Assembly: GCA_037379345.1 (NCBI GenBank)
Contig: CM074519.1
Span: 42,266,851 to 42,330,850 of the forward strand
Source of the DNA: Perna viridis
Lineage: Eukaryota
Reading direction: 5' to 3'
DNA length: 64,000 bases
Positions 40,501 through 53,105 of this stretch are shown here, piece by piece. The number at the start of each line of letters is the position of its first letter. Position 1 is the first letter of the stretch. Under the pieces are notes generated by a model, which did not search any database, was not told the origin of the DNA, and saw only the letters and a list, made by a program, of their open reading frames with translations. Position numbers and translations under genes: made by a program.

Positions 40501-41286
40501 AGAAAACAGAAAAGAAAAAAAATACTTAAATAACTCAAATTGATCACACAAGTATAGATAATTTTGGACTTGAAAAGAAATGCATTAAAGATTTACGATG
40601 AAAATTCGAATTCCTGTACTGCAGTTATCATATTATATTAAACACAAGGTATTTAAACCATACACAGCTAAACCAAATGGCATGCTAAAGGACATGATGC
40701 TTGGTAAATCAAAATGACGTAGTTCAATTTATAAATAGCTTCTTCAGCAATTCCACTTCAAAATTCTAAAATAGTCATTATACCCACTTTTTACTGCTGG
40801 TGTCTGACAAATGCAAATTTAAGGTCACTTAAGTATTGTTGCAATATTTGTGGTGCTTTCGTTACAATTCATTATTTCAGGCTTCAAGACACAACAACAA
40901 ACGAAACAAGGACGACAACCCATTACGACGAAATAGAAAGCATGTCTTTACGTCCTCAAGATAACGTGATTAGAGTTGTCACAGAAACTCAGGAACTCTG
41001 TGAATGTCCGATGCCAGATTATTCAGAAAGGAAAATGTCGACTACGCCTTTTCATCAAAACCAGATCAACGACAGTATTGAACAAGATTCATTGGGATAT
41101 ATTAAGCCATCTTCTATTACATTTGATCATGATATACCTATAACCAATTTAAGCCTACCTGTAACACGACAAAGGGTATCCTCTTCAAGTGATGACAGTG
41201 AAACTATAGTGAAATCAGACGCAAAATATGAATCACTTGTAATAAAACAAACATCTTCACATCAATACGTTAATATAGAGTGCTAA
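29483..41286 (+). CDS. Spliced Ig-superfamily type I membrane receptor (signal peptide, 5 Ig-like domains, disrupted FN3, TM, tyrosine-motif tail); about 677 aa if the FN3 exon is skipped
   Basis: Ten exons with GT-AG boundaries and compatible phases: 29483-29522, 30275-30565, 31033-31314, 32148-32474, 35051-35332, 37117-37398, [38120-38397 disrupted], 39348-39437, 40363-40396, 40881-41286. The sum without exon 7 is 2034 nt, open to the TAA. Confidence 0.8.
30275..30565 (+). CDS. Exon 2, V-like Ig domain
   Basis: VNLTC...ITWLVPP...LQVFNFSQHNTGEYRC; TAG acceptor, G|GTATG donor, 291 nt, phase 1-1. Confidence 0.9.
30655..30905 (-). mobile_element. Highly diverged Naiad-type 3' UTR in intron 2
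   Basis: GGAACCAAG, AAAACAGACACACAC and GTTGCTCAT landmarks in family order. Confidence 0.55.
31033..31314 (+). CDS. Exon 3, Ig domain (B-strand Cys position occupied by Gly)
   Basis: LEGVAHGVPDSYSYNSWVH...YEDSGIYICNVSNG; poly-T AG acceptor, G|GTAC donor, 282 nt. Confidence 0.9.
31493..31558. repeat. (AT)n microsatellite
   Basis: Direct reading. Confidence 0.98.
31560..32027 (-). mobile_element. tRNA-derived interspersed element with 47-bp terminal direct repeats
   Basis: Repeats at 31560-31606 and 31981-32027; minus-strand A box (GTCCGAGTGGTCTAG) and B box (GAGTTCGAGTCC) within 31625-31721. Confidence 0.7.
32148..32474 (+). CDS. Exon 4, divergent Ig-like beta domain
   Basis: Open 327-nt phase 1-1 exon, GKSVF...IYLYVVSPHP...NVTAQVKNKEGCSTYVVHF; CTGTAG acceptor, G|GTAT donor. 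Confidence 0.75.
34487..34670. repeat. Long near-perfect inverted repeat (88-bp arms, 8-nt spacer)
   Basis: 34487-34574 versus 34583-34670, about 5 mismatches. Confidence 0.95.
35051..35332 (+). CDS. Exon 5, V-like Ig domain homologous to exon 2
   Basis: CLKC...ITWLGPP...YAVG...LCISKVSNKHLGTYTC; TTTTAG acceptor, C|GTAAGT donor, 282 nt. Confidence 0.9.
35531..36037 (-). mobile_element. Naiad-type PLE, left arm of a head-to-head inverted pair
   Basis: APAYGVFISQ...MKTDLFN plus 3' UTR on -. Confidence 0.9.
36036..36387 (+). mobile_element. Naiad-type PLE, right arm of the inverted pair
   Basis: RT end plus 3' UTR on +; CG overlap at the junction. Confidence 0.9.
37117..37398 (+). CDS. Exon 6, C2/I-set Ig domain
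   Basis: VALDCIITQGDPIGTLQW...ESGSVYRCEALN; TTACAG acceptor, A|GTAAGT donor, 282 nt. Confidence 0.9.
38120..38397 (+). pseudogene. Exon 7, fibronectin type III domain with premature stop and frameshift
   Basis: PPSIP...VKWTPG...YTI*YKK...W...IKDLEPNTVYFVQLYAINPGG; TAA at 38233-38235; length 278 nt (not a multiple of 3). Confidence 0.85.
38677..39094 (-). mobile_element. Second copy of the SINE-like family (intron 7)
   Basis: Colinear with 8994-9505, same 5' end GCCCCGTGC. Confidence 0.85.
39348..39437 (+). CDS. Exon 8, transmembrane segment
   Basis: MIGPLIITCAVGGILIIVLLLWT; TTTAG acceptor, T|GTAAGT donor, 90 nt. Confidence 0.85.
39603..39912 (-). mobile_element. Naiad-type 3' UTR with partial internal duplication
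   Basis: Family sequence; the CAAAGTAACAAAAGC...CTCGGACTCCAC block recurs. Confidence 0.85.
40007..40139. other. Assembly gap (133 N)
   Basis: Direct reading. Confidence 1.
40363..40396 (+). CDS. Exon 9, basic stop-transfer micro-exon (CIKRKRRRINS)
   Basis: Pyrimidine tract plus AG; the phase 1-2 exon exactly bridges the TM exon and the last exon. Confidence 0.75.
40881..41286 (+). CDS. Exon 10, cytoplasmic tail with tyrosine motifs
   Basis: TTTCAG acceptor, phase 2; HYDEI, DYSE, GYIKP, KYESL, QYVNIEC*. Confidence 0.85.
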
Positions 41287-41834
41287 TTGTGAAAATGTTA
41301 TACATGTACATAGAATAACAGAATTGTACAATATTGTTTTTTGTATGGCTGTTGTAAATAATTTGATTCAAGGTACACTGTCCATGTCTCTTCTGAGTCT
41401 ATTGTCTGATCAGCTTATTTAAATCTATCCTCAGAAACCCCATTGTTAAATATGTTGTCTTTAAATTGTTGTGGTGTTAAAAAGTGATTTCACTATCCTG
41501 AATTTGAATCGTCATGATATAGTATGTATTATTGAAACCAAAACTGATGACAGAGAGGATATAACATTGAAGGGATATTATAACTTTAAACTTAAGCACA
41601 AGAAAAAGAGCGAAAAGTCCGATCTAGAGGTATTTTGTTAGGTTTTAATTAAAGTTTGACAATTGTATTTAAGTTCTTGAGACTAACTCTAGATATGTGT
41701 TATGGTTCCAGGTTAGTTCAAAAATATTTTCACAACATAAAATTCAATTTTTGGTATTGTGTATACCCCAATATTGAATCAGGGCAAAAAAACTAAAAAA
41801 AACAAAAAAACAAACAAAACAAAACAAAACAAAC

Positions 41835-42590
41835 GGACATTCCAGTTGATCGTTTGTTTGAATTTTTCAAGAACCTTAACTCTGCTCTATTATTATTATA
41901 TATTATTATAACTTCCTGTTATTAATGTACAATAGGAGAATCGGTTGCATTATGATCTTAACTCGCACATAAAAGAAGAAAAGATTCTCAATTATATCAT
42001 AAAGCTAAAAACAATTGTAAAGCTGGTGGAGAGAATGCAATTATAAACAAAAATATCAAAACAACCCCAAGCAAGTTTATAGATATTTATTGAATGCTCT
42101 TCAACCTTACATTTGATACCGGTATGATATCGGACACCTGGGTGGTTGGAAATATTCTACCGATATACAATAAGGGTGACAGGTCCGATCCGATTACCAT
42201 TGTCAGCTGTCTTGAAAAACGTTTCACCGCTGTCTTAACCGAGAGTCTGAATAAATACTCTGATTACTTCTTGATCTTAAAAGAAAACCAAAGTTGTTTT
42301 TAAAAAAGTTGCAGTACAACGGATAATTGTGCTATTTATATGCCTTTTTTGAATTACTGAAGCATAGAAATAAAAAAATGAATTGTGCATTTATCGAATT
42401 AGAAAAGGTTTTCGATCAGGTATGGAGAGAAGGTCTATGATATAAACTCATTCTGTCTAATGTTAATAGTAAAATATTAAATGTAATCAAAAACATGTAT
42501 AAAAATATCAAATTGAATATTGTTTATAATAATTGTAAGAATTGTGTCTGGCAAGGGGAAAACATGTCCCCCTTTTTATTTGCCTAAGCT
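41835..42590 (+). mobile_element. CR1/L2-group LINE RT fragment
   Basis: LFNLTFDTG..DTWVVGNILPIYNKGD, ENQSCF, CAFIELEKVFDQVWREGL, QGENMSPFLF. Confidence 0.75.
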
Positions 42591-42599
42591 TATTTCTAT

Positions 42600-43975
42600 A
42601 CCCTCGATATCAATGACCTAGCCACACAAGCAGAAACAGCTGCAGAAAATAGAAATATGAGAGATCTGTACATTATCACAAGAACACGGTCAGAAAAATC
42701 GTCTGCACCTATAAAACCAATAAAAGATACCAAAGGAAATGTCCTGACATCCGCTGACGAACAAAAGTCTAGATGGAAAGAAAACTTCGAAAAACTTTTG
42801 AATAGACCGAGACCAGAAACAACGGCAGATATACCATTAGCAGAACATGAAAGTCCCATAACCCTGGTCACATCAAGTTAAAATGAAATAAGAAAAGCCA
42901 TACAATCTTTAAACAACAAACAACTAGCAGGACTAGATGGAATACCAGCAGATGCAATAAAATATGCCATCATCAAACGTCCAAAAACGGTGACCTAAGT
43001 CAACGCAAAACTATCGCGGTGTTATGGTATTGTCAACACCAGGAAAAGTTTTCAACAAAACCATTTAAGAAAGAATAAAGACGTCATTAGACAAACTTTT
43101 GAGAGACCGTCAAGGTTTCACAAAGGATAGATATTGCACAGACCAAGAAGCAACTCTCAGAATCATCATAGAACAATAACTGAAATTGTACTCTTCACTT
43201 TACATCATTTTTACTGACCTTGAGAAGGCGTTCGATAGTGAAGATAGATCAGCACTTTTGAACATTATGAGGCAAAATTTGTAGCAATTAACAATACACA
43301 TCGAGGCATGAACTATAAGGTACTTCATGAATAACGACAAAAATTAACACTCCTGGACCTGCTCGATGACTCGACTTTGCCAACGATTTGGCCCTACTTT
43401 TACATAAATAAAGCAACTTGCAGGAAACAGCATCAATACTGAAAAAAAAACAGCTGCCACGACCGGTCTCAGAATAAAAGGTAATGAAGATCACCACCAG
43501 CGTGACTGATCCAATAAAGCGGAAATATTGAAGAAGTAGAAATATTTAAATATCTTGGCATTAAAGTCTACACCATAGGCAGTGCAAATAATGATATCAA
43601 AGTAAGAATATGCAAAGCAAAAACAGCATATAACCAATTGGAAAAAGTATGGATCCCCAGAGAGTTCAGCAAAATCACCAACATAAATAATCCAACGAAA
43701 AAGCCGTTCTCTTATACAGATCAGAAACATGGAGAACAACAGTAGCATAAGATAATACCATCCAGTCATTCGTCAACAGTTGACTTCGCAAGATTTCAAT
43801 TATCTATTGGCTCAATCGCATTCCCACCAACTACCTCCTCCGATGCAGATCAATAAAAAGAAAGGACAAAATCAATTGCGAAAGAATCCCGGAAACATAA
43901 CTGAACTTCGATGGAGGCAGATTGTCAGGGACCTATACTCTGTGCAAAACAACAGACATAAGTCAAGTAAGTCTC
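42600..43975 (+). mobile_element. RTE-group LINE, degenerate
   Basis: AETAAENRNMRDLY, EQKSRWKENFEKLLN, DLEKAFDS, LDFANDLAL; tail TAAGTCAAGTAAGT. Confidence 0.75.
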
Positions 43976-43989
43976 GATGAGAGCCATTC

Positions 43990-44230
43990 CTTAATATTAA
44001 GTAGATTTAAAACAGTTAAACATGCATAGGTTACAAGTTATAACAGGTCGATGGCATAATATCAATAGAGCAAATCCTTTTTGTAATCTATGTAACTTAG
44101 AAATAGTGGACAAATACCATTTTATTATGAAATGTCAAAAACTTGCAACAGTTAGAAAACTGTATATCAACAGGAGCTTTTAAAGAGCCCATGAATTGTA
44201 GGTTTTAGAGCAATAATGATAATAATAAAG
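43990..44230 (+). mobile_element. CR1/L2-group LINE 3' remnant
   Basis: TGRWHNI...CNLCN...DKYHFIMKC. Confidence 0.55.
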
Positions 44231-44564
44231 ATAAAAGTGTGAATAATTATGTACCTTTATTACAATTATAAACACAAGAGCGATCAAAATTTTCTTATTG
44301 AACTATGTTTTGTTTTATTCGCAATGGATTGTACCAAAATTAAATGTCGAATTCTTTATTTAGTTTTTTTTATATCAGAAAATTGGAAAAGTTCCATTGC
44401 TTTCAATCAGAATATTTCTGACAAATACAAAAATAAAAAGTCTTGGTAACAAATTTATCTTCAAAATGTACAATACTTTTATTCACAAGTTAATATTCCT
44501 TTATGACATATGGTTTGGTAATCTTTTCTGGAAACATTATATCTAGTCAATATTATTTGAAAAC

Positions 44565-44786
44565 AAATCCATATGCACCATGAAAACTGATTTATTCCAC
44601 GTTCATAGTTTTCCTTTCCTCGTTTGTGGAGTCCGAGTTGCTCATTTGCTTTTGTTACTTTGTATGTATGATTTTAGTTACTTTATGTTCTTTGTTGTGT
44701 ATGTCTGTTTTCCATGTCTGGTCTTTGTCCCTGGATTGCATTCTTTTGATTAACGCTTTAGCCTTGGTTCCCTTGATAACTCTCTC
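44565..44786 (+). mobile_element. Naiad-type 3' fragment lacking most of the structured motif
   Basis: Family sequence joined at CGTTTGT|GGAGTCCGAG. Confidence 0.85.
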
Positions 44787-45715
44787 TGATAATATGAATA
44801 TTACAAGAAAATGCAACTGTACACAATTATTTCTAGTTTGCCATTACTGTTTTCTGTAATTTTGGAATAATTTTACAAATAATTGTATTATTATTGTTTA
44901 TTGTAAAATAAATATTTACTGTAATAAAATGTATGTTACATTCTATAATCAATAAAAAAAGTCATTAAAGATAGTTTTAATATTATTTTCAATCATTTGC
45001 AACTAGTTATGTGTCACCTGTTAGCACAAGAATGACCCATTACAGGAATATAATTTTTATATTTACATTTGTTTTTTTTTTTATTTTGCGGCCATTTCTG
45101 GTTAATTAACTAATCTTTTGTTGTGACAATTCATATTTTGCTTCTTTGCTGTTTATTCAGAGTAGACAAATAACATTCCATTTAATTGCAAATTCATGGT
45201 TAAACATTGTAATGCGATTGAAAATCAATTTGAGGACCAGCTTAAAAAAATACTTGCAAATTTCATATCCAAAATATGCAAAATATATTACGAATGAAAA
45301 AAAAAACAGAGAAATGTATGTTTAAAGTTGAAATCCCATTGGCTGCAATTAAGGCAAAAACTAACAAAAAAAAAAACTCAGACAAGTAAGTTGGTCACAA
45401 GATACATCTACACGTACATATCCCATTGTATAAATGGAATTGTCCTTTGCTTACTATAATTAAACATTTTCTGTCATAATTTAATATATTCAATTTTTCT
45501 AACTTACCACTATACGTTTTCGTATTAATCAATTTCATATCACAGTTTTTTTTACCTATATTACCTAAATATGTACATTTGTGTACTCATAAATTTAACA
45601 TTTTGCTATAATTCATATTCTCATTATTAGTAACTTTGTATTTAATTAATTTAACAAAAATGTTTGAGAGTGTGTCATCAAAATTAAAGTAATTTTTATT
45701 ATCTTTATCAATGAA

Positions 45716-46525
45716 GGAGTAATCAAGGGAACCAAGGTTATAGCGGTAATCAAAAGAATACATACACAACTAAGAACATAAAGTAACTAAAATCATACAT
45801 ACAAAGTAACAAAAGTAAATGAGCAACTCTGACTCCACTAAAAACTGGGAGCGTGGACCAGGTGCACCGGTAAGGTAAGCGACCTCTGCTTTTCTAGAAA
45901 CACCCACCGAGTTGCTCATAAAAAGTCAAGTCCGGAGTAGACAAACGAGGAAAGAAAACTATGACCCGTTGAATAAATCAATTTTCATGGTGCTGATGGA
46001 TACACCATAACGATCTACGACATCATGATGACGACCATACATCTTCTGTAGTGATGAATTCAATCTTGTAGCAACATAACCCTGTTCCAGAAGCCTATTT
46101 GTTAGAGTTCTAGCGCGATACAAAAAGTCTGCGTAGTTTCGGCAAGCTCTGGCATAACGTATGAGTTGTGATATGAACACTCCATACGCAGGTGCCAAAG
46201 GGATGTTGCCACAGATGAAAGAAAAGTTGACAATTCTGAATGAAAAGTCATCGTAAATTCGTAAAATTTGGTCATTGGTTTTCCTTTACCATCGATTTCT
46301 AAGTGTAGGTCAAGATATGAGGCTGACTTGACCGTGTCTGTAGTATCCTTTATCTCAAGTTCTTTGAGGTAGATGCGATGTATCGAATCCCCGAAATTAG
46401 GATTGATTAAAGATAATACGTCATCTATATAGCGGAAAATGAGATTAAAGGATCTAGCCAAACGATATTCATTCTTTCGGATCAAATCAGCTATAAAGTC
46501 AGCCTCATACGAGTGAAGGAGTAGG
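45716..46525 (-). mobile_element. Naiad-type PLE RT 3' fragment
   Basis: FRYIDDVLSL, DTTDTVKSASYLDL, AYGVFISQLIRYARAC plus UTR. Confidence 0.92.
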
Positions 46526-46741
46526 TAAAAAAAAGATATATTTCTTCAAATTGTATGGGTACAAACAGTTTCAATTTCCGTATGGTCCAAATTTGCTACT
46601 TGAAATATTAAAAATGGTAATATTAGTATCTTTTTGGTGGTTGATACTCATATTTTAGTCAAATTCTTAAAAGTGACATATTTTTACAAAGAGTAGGTGT
46701 GCAAACGCTTTTAATATACCTATTGGTTTTAAACTTTTTTA

Positions 46742-46886
46742 GTTGCTCTTTTGCTTTTGTTACTTTGTAGGTATGAAATTAGTACTTCATGTTTTTGTAG
46801 TGTATGTCTGTTTTCCATGTTTGATCTTTGTCACCGGATACCCTTCTTTTGGTTTCCGCTAGAACTTTGGTTCCCTTGATTACTCT
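46742..46886 (+). mobile_element. Diverged Naiad 3'-terminal fragment
   Basis: GTTGCTC...GGTTCCCTTGATTACTCT. Confidence 0.75.
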
Positions 46887-49800
46887 TGTACACAATGTGG
46901 AAAGTGTTAATATTAGTATTATGTGGATAGCTGTGATACATATATTTCAAACCCAATTCTTCAAAAAAACAAAATGTTTTTTTTTCAAATTGAATAAGTG
47001 CGTAGACTTGAAATTTCCTTAATGGACAGACAGTACTGTTTCAAATGTAAAAATAATCAAAATAAGCATCGTGTGTGTTGCTGCGACACATTTATCTCAG
47101 TTCAATTTCTCGAAACTAACATATTTTTGAAAAGTGTTTGTGTGCAAACATTTTCAATATACCTATCAGTCAAAAAGAAATGGATGCAATGTTGTCAATA
47201 TAATTAGTATGTTGATGGCTTTGATACATATATTTTAAACCAAATTCTTAAAAAAATTACATTATTGCAGACATAATGAATGTGAACACACACATGGAAC
47301 TCCCTTAATTGTCATATACTATTGTTTAAAATATAAAAAAGGTCAAAATCTGCATCAGATGTGTGGCTGCGACACATTTATTTCAGTCCAATTCCAGAAA
47401 AAAATGACGTATTAATCAATTGTATGGGTGCGAACAGTTTTAATTTTAATAATGGACCAAGGTTATTGTTTGAAATATCAAATATGGCAATATCAGTATC
47501 ATGTTAGTGGTTGGGGCACTAATAATATTTTTTTTATTTATCAATTAAGAGGGAATCTACATTATTTAATTTCAAACAATGGTTGCATGCTTATTGTTCA
47601 ATATGTTTAATATTACAATCATGTGAGTGTCTGTGATAACAAATCATTTCAGTCCAAATCTTAAAAAATGACATATGTTTAGAAATCGAGTGATCGCCAA
47701 CATTTTAGTCTATGATCACAAGACATTAATTATTGAACAAATGTACTAAATATTAAATATATCAGTAAATAATGAACTACAACAGCTGAAATCATTAATA
47801 ATTACTCTAAAAGACCTTTTTTCTAAACTCATTCAATTGCTCTCATAGCCACATAAGTACATTGCAGGTGGAAAAAGGCAGACAAAATATTTTCGATTGA
47901 CCTTTCCCCATACCCCATTTCACATTGCCCAATACCTCATGCCCCATTGCCCTAACACTATAAAATGGGAAGTGTATCCCATACAGGTACTGTAGGAGAA
48001 TGCATGTAATTGAAATTGTCTTAATATTAAACAGTTAAGAGATTTAGACTAACTTACTTGACTCGCCTTACAAAAATCAACAAACACTGAGTACCAAAAC
48101 ATGAAGTGAGAACTATGATTTGAAATGACGTAAAAAAATCGTCACAGGGCATGAAGGTATATCGAGGTATGTCTTTGTCTTTATTCAATCATCATGGATA
48201 TAACTGATGTATATTTTCTTCGATGCGCTGAAAGATGAAATATCTGGTATACATAGTTATTATTATTAACATTGTCAAAAAAAAATGTTACCGGAAGCAA
48301 AAAATTGTATACTATTCTAAGTCGTATTAAAAAAGCACGACATTTTAAAATCTGGACGGTAATTAAATTCCTGCGACTTTTTCCCACTTCATTTCATTTT
48401 CCAAATTTTCGTCTACATATTTTAAGAGAGAAACCGATTTCCCTTATTTTAATACATTGTCCTCCTTTTGGCTTTCATTTCTAAAATATAAGGGTTATTA
48501 CCTATATCCACCAAAACCTTCCTATTGAGGCGAAATGTAATAATAGAATTACATGGAGATCAGTGCAAATTTATTCCATCTATTACATTGAAACCAAAAA
48601 CAGTTTGCCTGTCTTTATATATCATCTCATGGTTACAAAATCCACCTTAAATCGGTCTTACGTGTATACCATACAATTCCATGGCAATTAATACACACAT
48701 ACAAAAATAATACAGTTAAGACTTATAAAACGCTTGCTTCTTTTTGTATACAATTTGCCTCAATAGGGAAGAGTTTTAGCATTTTTAAAAATCAACCAAA
48801 ACCTTCTGTGGTATAAAACCTCGTGGTAAACGTCGTAAAAATCCATGCATTTAAACGGTTACTGTCCGTGCATCAGAACAGACTTGTTTGTGATTACTTT
48901 TACTAAACTATATTTCAGCTACAAAATGTATTATATAAACATCAAAACCATTACGCTTGAGTTATATCTACACACGACGACAGTACCATGCAGTGATACG
49001 ACCGCACTCCTTGCAGTCGTATAATGAGTTGGGATACCATATAAAAATGTCAATTTTCCATGATAGGAAGTGAAAATTTTCATTATGTATATCAACGTTT
49101 TTGAATAACACTATTTCAATGCTTATGTTTTGAGTCTGCACAATGTCTTTACATGTACGCATTCTTTGATTGTATTTCAGTTGCATTTCGAATTAGCATG
49201 TAAGTGTTAATGAGGTAAGGGTGTTCAAAAGATAAGCCGAACTTATTACTACACAACGATTTTATGTTTACGAAAGTTGGTGGAATCTTAAACAGCACAT
49301 TGTGTTTTCTATATCATACCTTCTTGACATAATTTCAACCAAAGCTATTCCCTGTAAATAAGAAGCTCAGATTTAATGCAAACGTACTTGTTTCTCAATA
49401 TATTCATGTTAAACTATGGAAAATTAGTGTTGCAAAAGATACGGTTGAGCCCCATAATCTAAAGTAAAAAGATTTTTTTAACAAAAAGATCTTCGCGGAG
49501 CACAAAATGAAATGTCCGCTGCATGTTAAACTCTGTTCACTTGTAGCAAGTGTTGACACCATATAATTGACACACTTAAGCATAGGGCTTAAAATTTATT
49601 ATGGACACAATTTGGCACAAAATTGGAATGCAGTGAAGCTCATAATTTCAGGATGCTTATCAAAGATTCATACCTTTGATCTTTGTCATAAAAAGTAAGA
49701 CGAAAAATGCAGGCAGGAATTTCCAAAAGGAATCCAATAAAACAATATCACAAAATATGTTTTTTCAAAATTTTTATTTGACACCACATGGTACAAATAC

Positions 49801-52800
49801 ATTTTTCAAGGAAAAACCTGTCTTAATGTATATGATTATTGGTGGGAAATATTAGATAAAAACATTATAGTTTCTCTTGATTAAATAAATTACACTTATA
49901 ACTGTAATGACTAGTACATACACCCTAATATTGTTTGGTTTTGCTGAATTGTTTTCTGAAAATAAAGAAATACATTATTCATTTTCAAATTAGTTATGTA
50001 AAATGTCGCAGCCGTGTATTATCCATTCTATAGACTTGCAATGTACACAAGGCGTTTTAATCTACCCTTTGGTTTGATGATTCTATGGAGAAAGTTGAAT
50101 AACTTTCATCCAAAGAAGCACAAGATTCGACATTTAAAGAGGTTCTTAAACTTACAAATGTACATCAGCTCTGAGACCCCCGAGCCACTTGAGCCACACA
50201 AAAAAGGATCCTTTAAAGAGCACATTACGGTCAAAAGTCAAATCATTAGCACCGGGGGATTGTTTTAGAGAAGTTTCTCTTTCGAAAGCGATGGAGCCTT
50301 GGACGCACTCTTGTTTAATTAAGCGGAACAACTGTTGTATTGGAAGTCTCTTTTACTTGTTTTTGCATATTGTGGTCACCATTGACTCGTTTGTAGAATG
50401 AATTGATGTTAAGAACCCTAATACCAACTAGAAGCTTAAAAAATCCTCTGAAGCAATATTGTTTGATTACATGAAACCATTAGTCGGTCGTTGGGAGTTG
50501 ATTTCTTCCGAATTGATCAAGGAATTGTCATGTAGTTAACAAAATGTGAAAATATTGAAGACGAGAGAGGACGGATGGAGGTTTTGGTATACGTACACGT
50601 TGACCTTTGGTTCAAGTGAGCTACAAAGATACGAATTGAAATACAGAAATGATAAAATAATACGGATATGGTTGAAGGCAGCAAATACATCCGTACTTTA
50701 CCTACATGAATATACCAAAAATTATATACAAAGATCACAAAAAGGTGTTCAGCAATTTTAAACAAAATCTTTAAGTGGGTTCTGAAAGGCCCCGGCAAGA
50801 CCAGTAAAAAATCCACTATCCGATAGGACTGACAATTCCTATAATCAAACGGAAACGTAAAATAACGACATATGATGTTGTTTGTCATTAAGATAAGACA
50901 TTAAAGCCAATTTCATGTATGGGAAAACGTGATGCCCAGTATAAAGAAAATATTCCGTATGTAATTAATCCAAGAGGAGACATTTGGTTGTTATATGGTA
51001 AGTACGTAAGGTCTGTTCATTTAGGTTAGGATCATGTGATACCTTAAGTGTTATAACGGTTTTAAATATTTTAGCAAGCGTTACCATGACAAAAATTAAA
51101 GCTGTTGGTATTATTGGAGTTATTTAATGGCAATTTATTTTGCGTACTGAATTTATTGCGTCACGTCGATTTTGTTTTTAACATGTGACTGCCGAACAGT
51201 GCAAAGATGAAAGAAGCCGCCCACTCTATCAATAATAAAGCCTTGCAGGTCTTTTTTAAAAAATATATCACCAGTTCTGCAATACAAAGGTTACAATATT
51301 ATTAAAATTAATTAGACATAATCTTGTGTTGAGCCCACTTTAAATTAAAATGATTTTTTTTTTAAACTTTTTTAATTTGAGTTTCTGTTTGCGGTTCTCA
51401 GAGGAACCCTTCCATCTTGTATATTTATCAAATAAGTGCGTTTTAGTTTAAGTTATCAGAAGTGGTTCTATCAAGTATCTACTTAAGATACTAATTGTGA
51501 TTATTAAATTTTGTTCAAATATTTACGAATGTAGCTCTAGATAGACCTACATTAATTAGAATGCATGATAGTAATAAATTTAACCCAATGCAATTAGCTA
51601 TGCAAAATGATTAAATCCTTGGTGTGTGTATTGCCTTATTTAATATCCAAAGATAATCGTTTATTGCTTAAGGACATATTTTCAAATACTTTTTGTTCGA
51701 AAAATGAAAGACAACTTCACACTGAGACTTGACTGGCCAAAATGTATTAGGTTAACTAAATGGATGCCTTCACACCTTTATTTTAAAGCGATTTTTAAGT
51801 AGATGAAACATTCACAAGTAAACTAGCGTTTTATTATTACATTGTACATGAACCTAATCAGGACCTAAGGAAAATAGATCCACGAAAAAAAAAACCAAAC
51901 AATATGTCTAGGTATTTTCAATGGCTTTTCCTCTTTTTCAATTATATAAAGGAAGGTGCTTCGATATATTTAATATCATCATCAGACTTATTAACAGGGT
52001 TGTGATTTAATTAATGGAAAGTTTGTTTATTGTACCGCCTGTCCCCTATATATGCAAATGTATACCCAGGGCGTGTTCACTGAAATGATTAATAAAGAAC
52101 ATCTAAATAAGACATTTTCCCTAACGTTACTATATATGACAAAGATGATTGTCTAAGTTTGGCTGAGTACCTCACACATTTTTTTCACATTCATAAGACA
52201 AGCAACATTTTTTTAGAACTTATAGACATTTATTTTTCCTTAGATTTATATTTATGCTAGGAGTTCGATAACAACCAATTAAATGTAACCTTATTATTCT
52301 ATAATTTTATAGTATAATAATCCGTTTCATATATTGACATATGCCCCTTTGATTAAAAAAAATAAACGTCTGGTGTAACCTTTTAAAATGACCGAATTAA
52401 AAAAAAATCGGTTGTCTTTTTCAGCTCTCTTGTAAAAAACCAACTACTGAACTATTTATATAGATTTTATTATCATAGGCTTCCACAAGTCTACGGAGCT
52501 GTTGGCATTTTCAAATTGTAAATTTAGCTCAATTGTTTTTTCCCTCATAGATATTCTGTATTCATCCCTGAATTACAATTTTGATCATTTTATTACTAAT
52601 AAATAATAATAAGTTTTTTCCTCATTTATTAATTAATTTGTTAGTTTATCCATTTATATATCTATTTATTTACCTTACTGTGATGAAGAAAATAAGAAAA
52701 ATAATTATAATTTAGGCCCTACAAAATGTTGCCTTCCTTACGAGACCTTTAAATTTGCACTTTAAAATAAATTCAATTTAAGGGATGTAACTCAATCTGA

Positions 52801-52869
52801 TTTAATATATAATTCTAGTATAAATATATTTTTAGTCTGTTGAAATTGTGTGCACTTAATAATACTAGA

Positions 52870-53105
52870 CATAGACTTGTTTTCCCTTCACAGAAAATAC
52901 TGAACACTCTTAACACTACTGAATCGATGTTGAGTGAAGCTACTGAGTTTACTGAAATTGCTCTTGACAACTCTTTACGACAGACACTGAATTTGCACTG
53001 AATTTCCACTTAAAAGGCACTGAAACTCTTAAAACTACTGTCAGGAGTTTTCAGTAGATGTTAAGTAGGTTATGGCCAATTCAGTAAAAATTTCGGCTAC
53101 TAGTG
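52870..53105. repeat. Possible single end of a CACTA-like element
   Basis: ACTGA-rich subterminal-like repeats ending CTACTAGTG; no partner end found. Confidence 0.35.
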
